Source of the DNA: the human T2T-CHM13v2.0 reference genome, Homo sapiens
Strand: one strand, 5' to 3'
NCBI RefSeq assembly: GCF_009914755.1
Contig: NC_060927.1
Length of the DNA: 64,000 nucleotides
Below, one piece after another: positions 1-12,250 of this stretch. Every line of letters starts with the position of its first letter. The first letter of the stretch is position 1. The translations under genes and the position numbers were made by a program. The notes beneath the pieces were generated by a model. That model was not told the DNA's origin. It saw nothing but the letters and a program-made list of their open reading frames with translations, and did no database searches.

Positions 1-959
1 CTCATTAAAAGAAACCCAACTGTAAAGTCTCTGTGGAATTGCCCAGAGATTATGTAACCTGATAGACTAGCACTCTTCCTGCCAGGTAGTGATATTACCA
101 TAACCTATTCTCGTAGATATGTTTTCAGGTTTTCTTACTGTAAGAGTCATGTTTATACTATATGATGTGGTCCACTGTGATTGGAGCAGAGGTGATAACT
201 TGATTGGCCTGGATCAATCAGATACTCTTCTATAATTAGGGAATTGGAACTAAAACCTTCTAGTTTAGTCTAGTTACATTTTATGGTAGTCAGAATGCTA
301 AGATGTCCCTAATCTCACTGTAGCTGGATATGATGCTAACCTGCAGCTACTTTAGAAAAGAAATATTGGTGGATAACACTCCTTTAATACCCTCTGAGAC
401 ATGCAGAAAAATCTGCTCCTTTGCAAAATATGCACTGACTACTATGTCTTTTTGGGTTCTTGTATCTACTTTTTGTGCTTTTCTGACTTGGAACTTTTAG
501 CTCTCACTTCTTGTTGCCATTTTGGTGTTTATCCAAGAGGTGAAGAATAGTCATGAGTCTCTCCAGTTCTGCCCATTCTGGGTCCATACTTTCTATACTG
601 GACTTTCTGAGCTTTTTAATTGAAGGTATACCACAAAGACATCTGATTATTGACAGCATACTGCATACTGATTTTCCAACCTACCTTGGCAGAGTTGGAG
701 CCTTGCTTACTTTTAGTTCAGTTGAGATAATACTGGAATCTTCCAAAAGAAACTTTGACAAAAACTAGGGATGGAGTTTGGTGGGAGTGGAGGGGTGGGA
801 TGGTGGAAAAGCATAGAAATCAATGAATTCCTGTAGGGCAGGGTTCTGATCTGTACTTTATGTCCAGTCAAGATTCAGTTTGGCTAGGACAGCTTTAGGG
901 CAGGTAGCCTCTTGTTCCTGGACTAACTTTAAACTTCTCTGTATTGGGCATATATATTT

Positions 960-1360
960 GAATGAGCACAAAATTTTTTCTTCTACAGAAGAAAAAAAGG
1001 TAAGTGGGATGTCATCAAAATTTAAAGTTTTGTGCTTCAAATAACATCAAGAATGTAAAAAGACAACAAATGGAATGAGAGAAAATATTTAGAAAGCATA
1101 TCTCTAATAAGGAATTTGTATTCAGAATATATAAAGAACTTTTACAATTAACAATAAAAGACAAATAATTCAATTTAAAATTGGGAGATAAATTGCATAG
1201 ACGTTTCTCCAAAGAGTTACGAATGGTGACTCAGGACATGAAAAGACACTTAACATTGTTAGACATTAAGGAAATGCAAATCAAAACCACTATAACACTC
1301 TCATCCATTAGGATGGCTAAAACAGAAAAAAATCAAACACCAGACAATAACAATGTGTGT
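960..1360 (+). mobile_element. Ancient L1M ORF2 C-terminal fragment
   Basis: Motifs 'cagaatatataaagaact', 'gaaatgcaaatcaaaaccac' and 'ccattaggatggcta'; ORF 1181-1438 contains L1-like EMQIKTT. Confidence 0.85.
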
Positions 1361-1499
1361 CAGCATGCATGTTTTTTTTTTTTTTTTTCTGGACTGCTTT
1401 TTTTTTTCTTTTTCTTTAATAACACTCTGTGTAATTGAGCCACATGAAGCATTAGTTATGTTTGGGTTTCATTGCCATAGCACTTTTCAGCTTATTATG

Positions 1500-2000
1500 A
1501 CTTTTACCATGTATTATGTGCCTCATTGATCTTTACAACCACGTAAGGTTGGTGAAATAGTACATTATTTTCTCTTTTTTGAAGATAAAGACACTCAGGC
1601 TCAGAGATATTTTGTGACTTGGCCAAGTCATCCTATACGTGGTTAAACTAGGACTTAAATTCAGGTTTTCTTTACAATATACCATACTGCTTCCTAAATA
1701 ATACTGGCTTATGTTTAATTGCAATGTTTAGATGGCTTTAAAATATTATATTCATGGATATCACTTCATTTTAAACTTCACAACCACCCTATGAGATGAG
1801 TAGGCCAAGGAATGTTATATTAATTTTACAGTTGAATATGTTGCTCAGAATAATCAAGTTTTATTTCAAGCTCTGCCACCCACTTACCTTGGACAGATTA
1901 TATAATTTCTGAAATTCTAAGCTTTTTTTTATGTGTAAACTGAAGTCTCCTACTAGATGATCTCAAAGATCCCTCCTAAGCCTACTATTTTGTGATCTTA
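1500..2000. mobile_element. Cluster of degenerate MIR/MIR3 SINE fragments (two minus, one plus)
   Basis: MIR core-like 'aggctcagagatattttgtgacttggccaagtca' and 'cacaaccaccctatgag'; MIR3-like tail 'ctagatgatctcaaagatccct'. Confidence 0.65.
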
Positions 2001-3412
2001 TCCTTTAGTATGTCCTTCCATTAGCAGCATATGTACTTTGAGGTGATTTTCTGGCTGTGGTGAATGAGTTTCTGTAGGATGACCTGTACTTTCTTACTGG
2101 ATTATTTCTGTAACCCTTATATACATCTTTAAAAAGCATGGTCAAGATCAGGGGAGCAGGCTTTAGCCATATAACAGAACAGGGCTCAAATAACGGAACA
2201 ATATGGGGTTTAAATTTATGGAACCAAGGCTTTGGTTTCATTAACTTGGGCTCTGAAGTAATTAAACTACACATAGACATTCTAGAATGTCATAATTTCA
2301 TTTAGTTGGATGACAACATCCTAACACATCAGAGTTAACTTCTTATGGTAAATAATGTGCCTCACATTTTTGTAACAATGAGTTTCTGCTGTACCAACAC
2401 TTTGCAACCTGGCTGTAGAAAAAATATCCTTAATTTGTACGTTAGTATGAAGAGTGCATCAGAGGAGACTCTTTTTATTTCCCATTTACTTTCTGCGTTA
2501 TATATCACTTGTTTTTATTTATTCACAATGATAATAAATAGATTTTAAAAGATATGTTTAAAGATAATTCTTATGTTTTCACATTTCCTAGGCATCTAAA
2601 AATAAAATAATGAACTAGATATTTAATAAATGTTTCTAGCTAAATAATTCTGTGATCTTTTCCCTTCATTGATTTTGAAGAGGTAAATTTCAGCTTTTTC
2701 CAGGATATTAGTTCAGGAAAATAGGTGGGTGTGAATGTTGCCTAACAGTTTTTGAGCCATCTGCACAATCTTTTGATAACAATCAATTAGGTTTCAGATT
2801 CTGTCAATATTTCCCCTACAACCCAAGAACCAATGATCTTATGGAAAATAAAAATTGCCCTTTTCCTTTTTAGCAGTTATCTTTGTCTCTCTCTGCCCTT
2901 TTCTCTCTCTCCTGTTGAAGAAAGCTATAAATGCACTGATAGTATTTTCAGTTCATCAACCATGTGGGAAATTATCATCCTTCTACTTTCTTAAGAACTG
3001 AAAGAAGTTCCCTCAAAGAAAAGAGCTCTCTCAGTGGTTGGCTGAGTTAAATACAGAAAGTCAAAACATATGGGAAAATATTGAAGCCTTTTCCTACAAC
3101 TTCCTAGAGTTGTTCTCATGAGAAATGAGAGTCAGCTTCAGGACAACTTAATTTTGGCTGAATTTTTGCCATCTTCCCTTCCATGTCTCTATAAAGGCCA
3201 CCAAGATTCAAGAGTAGTAGTATGCCTGCCTAAGATAGTTCAGAGATCAAGCTTATCAGAAGAGATAAGAGTATAAAGTTTTCTTTGAAAACTGTGAAGA
3301 ACTAGTCAAATGTATAATACTAAATTTCCAACTAACTTCTTAAAACGGCAATGGCTGTTTCTGAGATGTGTTTAAAGATTAGTAGTTACACATTACTTAA
3401 TAAGATAGTTAA

Positions 3413-3737
<325 letters not shown>

Positions 3738-4179
3738 TGATGATTTATTCCCATTAGACCACATTCATTTCATGAAATGTATACATTCCTCTTTCCTAAT
3801 AATAAGAAATAAAGTAAAAAATCCTATAATAAAAAAGTAACTTAAATATGCAAAGAGTTACATTGGTTTTTAAAAAATCTTTTAGAGGGATTATGGGCCA
3901 AAAGTTTAAAATCATGATACAAGAATATGCTGAACTAGAACAATTGAGCCTGACCATTGTTTCACAATACTATGGGGCCGTGGGAAGTTTTATAACTTAA
4001 ACTTTCAAAAGATGGTTTTCTTATGGATCTCTTCCAAAAGAACATACTTCACTGAATATAGTTCCGAACTATCTTGCTTGAACTTTTTTTTTTTTTCAGA
4101 ATTTACAATATTTTCGTATATATTCATTACTACTCTTTGGTATTTACTGGTTGCTTGTGTATATAAATATAGAAAACAT

Positions 4180-4382
4180 TCTGCTAAGCACTTTCCATGT
4201 ACAATCCTGTGTAATAGCAGCACAATCTGAATGAGGCTGGTACTATTACTAATTGCAAATGAGAAAACTGAGGCTCAGGAAAGTTAATTGACTTGTCCTA
4301 AGAGTGTACATAGCAAAAATGTGGTAGTGGGGGTTTTTTTTTTTTTTCTGGAGAGTCTGACTTAAGGGTTCCTGTTAACTAC
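4180..4382 (-). mobile_element. MIR, interrupted at its end by the L1PA2-like insertion
   Basis: 'aaatgagaaaactgaggctcaggaaagttaattgacttg'. Confidence 0.75.
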
Positions 4383-4864
4383 TTTTTTTTTTTTTATTAT
4401 ACTTTAAGTTTTAGGGTACATGTGCACATTGTGCAGGTTAGTTACATATGTATACATGTGCCATGCTGGTGCGCTGCACCCACTAACTCGTCATCTAGCA
4501 TTAGGTGTATCTCCCGATGCTATCCCTCCCCCAACCCCACAACAGTTCCCAGAGTGTGATATTCCCCTTCCTGTGTCCATGTGATCTCATTGTTCAATTC
4601 CCACCTATGAGTGAGAATATGCGGTGTTTGGTTTTTTGTTCTTGCGATAGTTTACTGAGAATGATGATTTCCAGTTTCATCCATGTCCCTACAAAGGACA
4701 TGAACTCATCATTTTTTATGGCTGCATAGTATTCCATGGTGTATATGTGCCACATTTTCTTAATCCAGTCTATCATTGTTGGACATTTGGGTTGGTTGCA
4801 AGTCTTTGCTATTGTGAATAATGCCGCAATAAACATACGTGTGCATGTGTCTTTATAGCAGCAT
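4383..4864 (-). mobile_element. Young L1 3' end, 5'-truncated (L1PA2-like)
   Basis: Near-consensus 3' UTR; the minus strand reads GCTAGATGACGAGTTAGTG (GAG, not Ta ACA) and AAACTTAAAGTAT; ORF2 C-terminus MFIAALFTIAK...SLIGGN. Confidence 0.95.
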
Positions 4865-5686
4865 ATAGCGCCTCCGTGGTATTACTTCTGCCTAACTTCC
4901 GACTAATAGTATTTCCATTTGTAAGATAGTCTTCATATTATAGAACCATTATTTTTATCATCTTGGGACTTATGCTAACAGTTCTTATGGTGGGCCACTC
5001 TGACTTTTAGAATCATGGTTGCTACACGAACTTGAACTCATTCAAGCATGTTTGGGTATCTAATTTTGGGAAGTCCCACTAGTTTCTCATCAGTGCATTC
5101 AAACAAACTCATTCTTCATGGGATAAATATGTGAAATCTTTTGTGTAAGTAGTAACTCCATATCAGGCCCAGATAATGGCATTTTTTGAGGTATAGGCGT
5201 TTGTACTTAAGAACGGCTGTAAACCAATCAGTGTTACTGGGTCTTTATATTAATGTTAAAATTCCATACTGTCATTAAAGGGAATTTAGTGTGTGTCAGG
5301 CACAGCTAGGACCTGTTAACTATAATACTGTTAACTGTAGCACTATTTTACCTCATTCTAGTATTAGCAATACTAGAGAGGCAGCTAGTGTTATCATGAG
5401 GCTGAGTATGTTTCTATCAGCCTCCTAGGGGAAAGCAATGGATCCAAGCCTTCTTAGTTTTATTTAAATCAATATGTTGAGTGATTTATCCAATATAGCT
5501 AGGCAGAATAAATGATAGAAATTGTATTTTAGATACATAATTTTCCCAATAACTTCCCCAAGTAATTTAAAAAATATTCAAGACTTAGTGACTTGACTTT
5601 CTTGGTTAAATAGCATTGTTGACTTATTTATATATATATTCACTTCATTGGCCATATGTGTGGATTATTTACTTTTTAGATTAGAT

Positions 5687-6478
5687 TGTGGAGGGGATAC
5701 TATGGTGTGCCACCCAGGTCCTCCACTTCAATACTGAGGTACTCATTCTTTCAGCACCTTTAGAGTGTTACCTGTTGCCGATAGCTTTTACCCAAGTCCC
5801 ACTCTAGGGATTGTCCTCAGCTTCCTTGCCCAAGACTATTGGTATGGTTTAGCTGTGTCCACACCCAAATCTCATCTTGAATTTTAGCTCCCACAATTCC
5901 CACCTGTTGTGGGAGGGACCCAGTGGGACGTAATTGAATCGTGTGGGCAGGTCTTTCCCGTGCTATTCTCGTGGTAGTGAATAAGTCTCATGAGATCTGA
6001 TGGTTTTATAAAGGGGAGTTTCCCTACACAAGTACTCTTCTCTTGTCTGCCACCATGTGAGACATGCGTATCACCTTCAGCCATGATTGTGAGGCCTCCC
6101 CAGCCACGTGGAACTGTGAGTCCACTAAATCTCTTTCTTTTGTAAATTGCCTAGTCTCAGGTATGTCTTTATAAACAGTGTGAAAACAGATGAATACACC
6201 TATGCTCCTTGCTCAGAAGCAGCCTGCACCCATGACTATGTGATACGCAAAATGTTCCAGGCTCCTTTGCCTCCATTTGGAACAACTCTGAAGGGCTATT
6301 CCAGCCCACCCTGACATCAGCTGAGACCACTGTTGTTTCTACATAATGGTTCAGTCTCTCCTTCTGCTCAATCCTTTTTTTCTTCAGCCCCTTACAGATA
6401 CTCCTGAGATCACTCTCCAATAAAATCCTCATGCAAATCCCCACCATAGTCTCTTTTCTGGGGAACATGACCTAATAT
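5687..6478 (+). mobile_element. LTR16C-like ERVL solo LTR, split by THE1B
   Basis: 'ggtgtgccacccaggtcc...ctgaggtactcatt', 'acaactctgaagggc' and 'ccaataaaatcctcatgcaaatc...ggggaac'. Confidence 0.8.
5840..6198 (+). mobile_element. THE1B-like MaLR solo LTR
   Basis: TG...CA termini, THE1 consensus throughout, 5-bp TSD actat/cctat. Confidence 0.93.
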
Positions 6479-6583
6479 AGCTAGGGAAGAGTTTTAATTC
6501 CAAAATTATTTATTCTTGCCACTCATGCAGCATTCTTCTGGTCTATCTTCCTCCTTTTGACAGTTGTATACTCTGGGAAATCA

Positions 6584-6882
6584 TTTTTTTTTTTTAACCT
6601 GAGACAGAGTCTTGCTCTGTCACCCAGGCTGGAGTGTAGTGGTGCCACCAGGGCCCACTGCAGCCTCAACCTCCTGGACTCAACAGATCCTCCCACCTCA
6701 GCCTCGGGAGTAGCTGGGACTACAGGCCTGTGCCATAAAGCCTGGCTAATTTTTGTACTTTTTGTAGAGACAGTGTTTTGCCATGTTGCCCAGGCTGGTC
6801 TCAAACTCCTAGGTTCAAGTGATCCACCTACCTCAGCCTCCTAAAGTGTTAGGATTACAGGTCTGAGCCATCCTGCCCTGTT
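6584..6882 (-). mobile_element. AluJ
   Basis: Reverse Alu with J-type 'cactgcagcctcaacctcc'; TSD gaaatca. Confidence 0.95.
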
Positions 6883-7045
6883 GAAATCAAGCTTTTGATA
6901 ATTAGCCTAATTACAATGTAAGTGGGAATGCAAATGCACTAAAAATAAAATTTAAGAGAAATTTGGATTCTTGCCAATACTTCCTCAGCATTAAAAATGA
7001 TTAGAGATCTTTCAATATAATAGGACATGACAGGAAAATTAAAGC

Positions 7046-7270
7046 CATTCACTCAATATTTTGGGTGCCTACTCTACATAAAAATCTATGAAAAATTAAA
7101 GAAAAGTAAGATATGGCTCCTGCCCTCAAGGAAAAGAAACAAATAACTAGAAAATAAATAGATAAGAGAAACATTAGTTGTTTTAATAAAGTATTGTGAG
7201 TTCTGATTAGAAAGCAATTTAGCTGGGATAATCAGAGCGGGTATCCGGAAAACTTTATATTAAGAGGGCA
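7046..7270 (-). mobile_element. L2 3' fragment
   Basis: 'cattcactcaatattttgggtgcctact' and 'gatatggctcctgccctcaagg'. Confidence 0.65.
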
Positions 7271-7380
7271 TTGCAGGAAGGCTCAGTGTGTCTGAGGACA
7301 CCTTAGTCAACTTAGCATTTTAAACCCATTAACCAACTTTTTATAAATTCCTATATGATACAATTGTCAAATCTTCTTGG

Positions 7381-7446
7381 CCCAATCTGAGTCAGTTGGA
7401 GATGAGCTGATTTTGCCAATGGTAGCGTCAGCTACCATTGACGTGC
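7381..7446. promoter_or_regulatory. Candidate bZIP enhancer motif cluster (AP-1, CRE/ATF half-sites, CCAAT) with a 10-bp hairpin
   Basis: TGAGTCA at 7388-7394, CGTCA at 7426-7430, TGACGTG at 7439-7445, and two CCAAT; motif evidence only. Confidence 0.35.
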
Positions 7447-8220
7447 CTCCACACTCCCAAGTCTTTCCTTTCATAAGCCACAAGATCAAATGACCTTCTC
7501 AGTAACTTACATTTTCAGTTTGACAAAAGTATTTTCACTGGTTCCTTGTAACTCTGCATGGGAGAAATCATGAGAAAATTTAACAAGGACTTAAGTGTGT
7601 CCACTTATGTCGATGAATCATCTGCTCCTAGCCCTGAACCACTTCTTCCTGCCTTGTTGGCTCTGACTGCTTCTACTCTGTTAATAAGTGGTTTTGTCTG
7701 AGTTGTGCTGAAGAAAAAGATCTGGTGAGGGTGGAATGCGTCATGGGTAAATGAAAGTGCCAATTGAAGTGAGAACACAGAGGTGAATGGAGAGATTGAA
7801 CCCATATTCCTTTAAATTTAGACCTGAACTTATCATTTCAAGATGGGGCTTCAATATTTTAAGTTGGAAACAGTTCTGAGTTAATGCTCAGGGGATCCAA
7901 TAATAATCTGTCAATAAAGTAGTAATCTTGGGAGATTTTCCCTAAGTGTAATTTCTGGACTTTGTACATATGTCTTATGGTAGATATGTACCCAAAGCAG
8001 CCTAACCAAACTGACCAAACTGGTGGATTTACCAATTATGTTTTCTTTGAAGCCACACATAGAAACCTCTGAATCTATTAGTGGACTCAATTCAGCTGTT
8101 GTAATTTGTCAACTGAAGGAACATATCAAGAACCAAGACCAACTTATCTAATCCACATGCTACTTTAGCTCTTTCTTTCATTTCACCTGGGATTTTATTA
8201 AAATTGTAGTTTTGGAAACC

Positions 8221-8298
8221 AGGGCAGGAGCAGGGCAGGGGTAGGGGAGCGGGGCAGGGTAGGGGAGTGGGGCAGGGGTAGGGGAGTGGAGCAGGGAG
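8221..8298 (+). repeat. G-rich short tandem repeat (about 19-bp unit ggggtaggggagYggggca)
   Basis: About three copies plus partial units, with many G3-G4 runs. Confidence 0.85.
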
Positions 8299-8899
8299 AA
8301 AGGAAGAAAAACCTAGGATTGAAGATAGAGCTTCCCTTCATTGCTCAATCCCTGATATCCTGTGGCATTGGCTCCCATTCCTTGCCATTTAATTCCAGAC
8401 AATAGAACCAGTCAGACCTGCAGTGCTGTATTTCAGACATTGCATCCTATGACAAACATGTCAACAGATCATAACCATGTGGCTTCTCTATTCTTTCCTG
8501 AAGCAATATTTCTTTATTATTGGAGCTTGGGAATTAAATAAAGAGAAACTTTCCAAAGAATTAAGGCATTTAAGCTGTGTGTTTTCAAAGCTTATTTTTT
8601 GTTCTATTTGGCAGCAGGAGTGCTCCAAGGATTTCTGGATAATCAGCACCATAGAAAATGATTCCTCCTTTAAAGTTTCTACTAAAGAATTTACAGTAAA
8701 TTTTTACATTTTCTATTATATAGCTCCAACCATCTAAAGCAAAACTGTGGTGTATTGCTTGTGTTTAAAACATGCAGTCACTGGACTGGAAGCAAGCTTT
8801 ATGGAAGGTCATATTTCTCGAATGTTTTTAAATCTCTGGGGCTATCTTTTTTAAAAGAGAAAGTTAAACACTGATATGATAATATTAAAAGTTAATTTT

Positions 8900-9590
8900 T
8901 ATTCAGCTCCTCTTAGGTACCAGATTTCATTCTAAGGGCTTCACAAGCATTAACTCATTTAATCCTCATTAAACACATTAGTTAAATATTTTTATTATCC
9001 TCATTTTTTAGCTTAGGAAACTAAGGCCTAGAAAGAGTAAGAAGGTTGATCAAGATCTCACAGCTGGTAGGTGGGAGAGCCAGGATTTGTATCTAGGCAG
9101 GCTGCTTCTAGGACTGTGCTACATGGCGCTACATGATGGCAAGCTGCCATTTTATAGATGATAAAATTGGTATCTAAAGGCATGAAATAACGGCCAGGCG
9201 CGGTGGCTTATGCCTGTAATCCCAGCACTTTGGGAGGCCAGTGCAGGCGGATCACAAGGTCAGGAGATCAAGACCATCCTGGCCAACATGGTGAAACGCC
9301 ATCTCTACTGAAAGTCCAAAAATTAGCTTGTCATGGTGGCGCATGCCTGTAGTCCCAGCTACTCGAGAGGCTGAGGCAGGAGAATCGCTTGAACCAGGGA
9401 GTCAGAGGTTGCAGTGAGCAGAGATTGCGCCACTGCACTCCAGCCTGGTGACAGAGCGAGACTGTGTCTCAAAACAACAACAACAATAACAACAACAAAA
9501 AAAACCTTAAATAACTTGCTAAGATCATATACCTGGTAAGTCGTGGAGCTGGGATTTGACCCCAAGTCCTTTGGGCCTCTTTCCAATGCC
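8900..9590 (-). mobile_element. Two MIR elements, the second split by AluSc
   Basis: 'aactcatttaatcctca...ggaaactaaggcctagaaag' and 'ataacttgctaagatcatatacctggtaag...gggatttgacccc'. Confidence 0.75.
9192..9504 (+). mobile_element. AluSc-like with (CAA)n tail
   Basis: Full dimer with 'gatcacaaggtcaggagatc' and 'cagcctggtgacag' deletions; TSD aaataac. Confidence 0.95.
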
Positions 9591-10499
9591 TTTGTTTTCA
9601 TTTCAAGTTGACTTATAGGTAAAAGTCACAGAAACTGGAATCATACAGTCAGAAGAACAGCCGAAAGGCAGTTTGGGTTTTTCCCATTATGCTAGACAAA
9701 CAAAACCCAAAAAATGTGGGCATTTATTTTCATATTTCCAAATCTAATATAAATATAGGCTCAGCAGCAGTTTTTCCCAACCGAGCGTCTACCTTTGATA
9801 AGTCCTCATTGTTCCTTCTTCCCCCTAGACCCCAACCTCCAAAAGAAGGGCTGGAGGCCAGGGAGAAATCTTGACTATAAAAGTGAACAATTAAACGTAC
9901 TTGGGGCTCCACTGATGAGGAATCTCCCCCATTGCTCACCTGTCTAGCGCCAGTAGGGCATCTTTGAAGAGAGTCCCAAGTCCAGTGTTGTAGAGCTGTC
10001 TCATGGGACCTCAGGGTCAACCCGGTGGTTGTAGTCACCAACGGGCTTCAGCTTGCCCTACAGAAGCTACCTGACATCTATCTGACCCACATCTACTCAA
10101 AATCATATCACATGTTGACTTCTTGATAAACATGAAGATGACACGACATGTAAAAATACTGACAGTAAGTGAACAAAGCAGGATACCCAGTTGAAGTCCT
10201 GATCATGATGTGAAGTTCTTTTTGAATTTTATGTCTTTAAGGATTAAGTGAATTAGAGTATCTTAAGCCTCTAACAGTGTTTGGGACATAGTAGATACTA
10301 ATATTCTTTTCTTTGCTTGTCTTCCATTCCCTTCCCTGTTCATGTAAATAATGATCCTGGCAACCAAGAAACATACCAGCTGATCAATTATTGAGCAAAT
10401 ATATTTAAAATACCCACTGTGTGCCTGTCATTCCTAGGCTTTGTGTAGAATACTAGAGTTGTTGCTGGCTAGCCAAGTCCTTAAGAAATATACTTTTAA

Positions 10500-11895
10500 A
10501 AATTATTTTTTAAATCATGGTAAAATTTACATAACACAGAAATGATTATTTAAATGATGTAATTGTACAGTTCAGTGGCATTAAGTACATTTACAGTGTT
10601 GTGCAACCATCACTATCCATTTCCAGAAATTTTTTATTATCACAAACAGAAACTCTGTACCCATTACATAATGTCTTCATTCTTCTCTTAGCACCTGGTA
10701 ACGCTTTCTGTCTCCATGAATTTGCCTGTTCTGGGTATTTCTTATTAGTGGAATAATACAATATTTGTTTCTTTGTGTATGGCTTATTTCACTTAGCATA
10801 ATGTTTTTAAAGTTTATCCATGTTGCAGCATGTATCAGAATTTCCTTGTTGTTGAGATGGGGTCTTACTCTGTCACTCAGGCTGGAGTGCAGTGACATGA
10901 TCTTGGCTCACTGCAGCCTCAACTTCCCAAGCTCAGGTGATCCTCCCACCTCAGCCTCCTGAGTAGCTGGGACTACAGGCATGTGCCACCATGCCTGGCT
11001 AATTTTTTGTATTTTTGGTAGAGATGGGGTTTCACCATCTTGCCCAGGCTGCTCGAACTCCTGAGCTCAAGCGATCTGCCCGCCTCGGCCTCCCAAATTG
11101 CTGGGATTTCACTGCACCAGGCCAGAATTTCCTTCCTTTTTAAGGCTAGTATACTATTGTATGTGTTTGCCACATTTGTTTATCCATTTATCTGATGATA
11201 GACACTTAGGTTTTTTCTAACTTTTGTCTATTGTGAATAGTGCTGCTATGAATATGGGTATACAAGTATCTGAGTCCCTGCTTTCAATTTTTTTGGGCAT
11301 AAACCTGCAAGTGGAATTGCTGGATCATATGGTAATTTTATTTTTAACTTTTTGAGGAAACGTCGTACATTTTCCATAGTGGCTGTGCCATTTTACTTTC
11401 CCACCAGTGACGCGCATGAGTTCCAGTTTCTACACATCCTTGCCAACACAGCTTGTATTTTAGTAAACGCACTTCTTGCAGTATTTTCCATAAAAAATCA
11501 CCATCCTAATGGATGTAAAGTAATATCTCATTGTGGTTTTGACTTGCATTTCCCTAATGACTAGGGATATTGACATCTTTTTATGTGCTTGTTGGCCATT
11601 TGTGTGTCTTCTTTGGAGAAATGTTTATTCAAATCCTTTGTTCCTTCCTGAATTGGATTGTTTTTATTTTCATTGCAGAGTTGTAGGAGTTCTTTATATA
11701 TTCTGGATATTAATCTGTAGTCAGATATATGACTTACGAATGTTTTCTCCCATCCTGTGGGTTGTCTTTTTAATCTCTTGATAGTATGCCTTGATGCATG
11801 AAAGTTTTTAATTTTGATGGAGTCCAATTTATCTATTTCTTCTTTTGTTGTCTGTATTTTTGGTATAGTATCCAAGAAATCATCGCCAAATTCAA
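10500..11895 (-). mobile_element. L1MB 3' portion, split by AluJ
   Basis: L1MB 3' UTR 'tgtacagttcagtggcattaagtacatt'; ORF 11561-11986 contains L1 ORF2-like IDKLDSIKIKNF...KRQPTGWEK. Confidence 0.9.
10848..11123 (-). mobile_element. AluJ with a small 5' deletion
   Basis: Reverse Alu; TSD agaatttcctt. Confidence 0.95.
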
Positions 11896-11948
11896 CATCC
11901 TTCAGAAACATACTTTTTGTTTGTTTATTTTGTAAAGAAAAGTCTTGG

Positions 11949-12065
11949 AGCTGGTCCAAAGGGAGTAAGTTATCTACACTGTTCACAGTCAGTTACAGAT
12001 CAAACTCCTTGTTCTGCTATTTCCTGGCTTCTCACTGCTGCACTTGACTAGTCTTAAAAAAAAAA
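11949..12065 (+). pseudogene. Y1 RNA (RNY1) retropseudogene
   Basis: Matches hY1 'GCTGGTCC.AAGG.AGT.AGTTATCT...TGTTCACAGTCAGTTACAGATC.AACTCCTTGTTCT...CTTCTCACT.CTGCACTTGACTAGTCTT'; A10 tail; imperfect TSD gaaaagtcttgg/gaaaaacgtcttgg. Confidence 0.93.
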
Positions 12066-12081
12066 TTGAAAAACGTCTTGG

Positions 12082-12250
12082 GGGAGTAAAGGAGGAGGGC
12101 AAGGGCTGAAAAACTGAGTATTGTGCTTGGTATTTGGGTGACTGAATCAATAGTACCCCAAACCTCAGCATGACACAATATACCCAGGTAACAAATCTGC
12201 ACGTGTACACCCTGAATCTAAAATAAAAGTTGAAATTATTTAAAAAAAGA
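12082..12250 (+). mobile_element. L1PB/old L1PA 3' end
   Basis: 'accccaaacctcagcatgacacaatataccc...tgaatctaaaataaaagttg'. Confidence 0.85.

Noticed and set aside
990-1010. Perfect splice donor AAG|gtaagt
   Set aside because: Lies in an L1 fragment with no supporting upstream exon.
9870-9885. TATAAAAG box
   Set aside because: Isolated motif in AT-rich DNA with no supporting downstream plus-strand structure.
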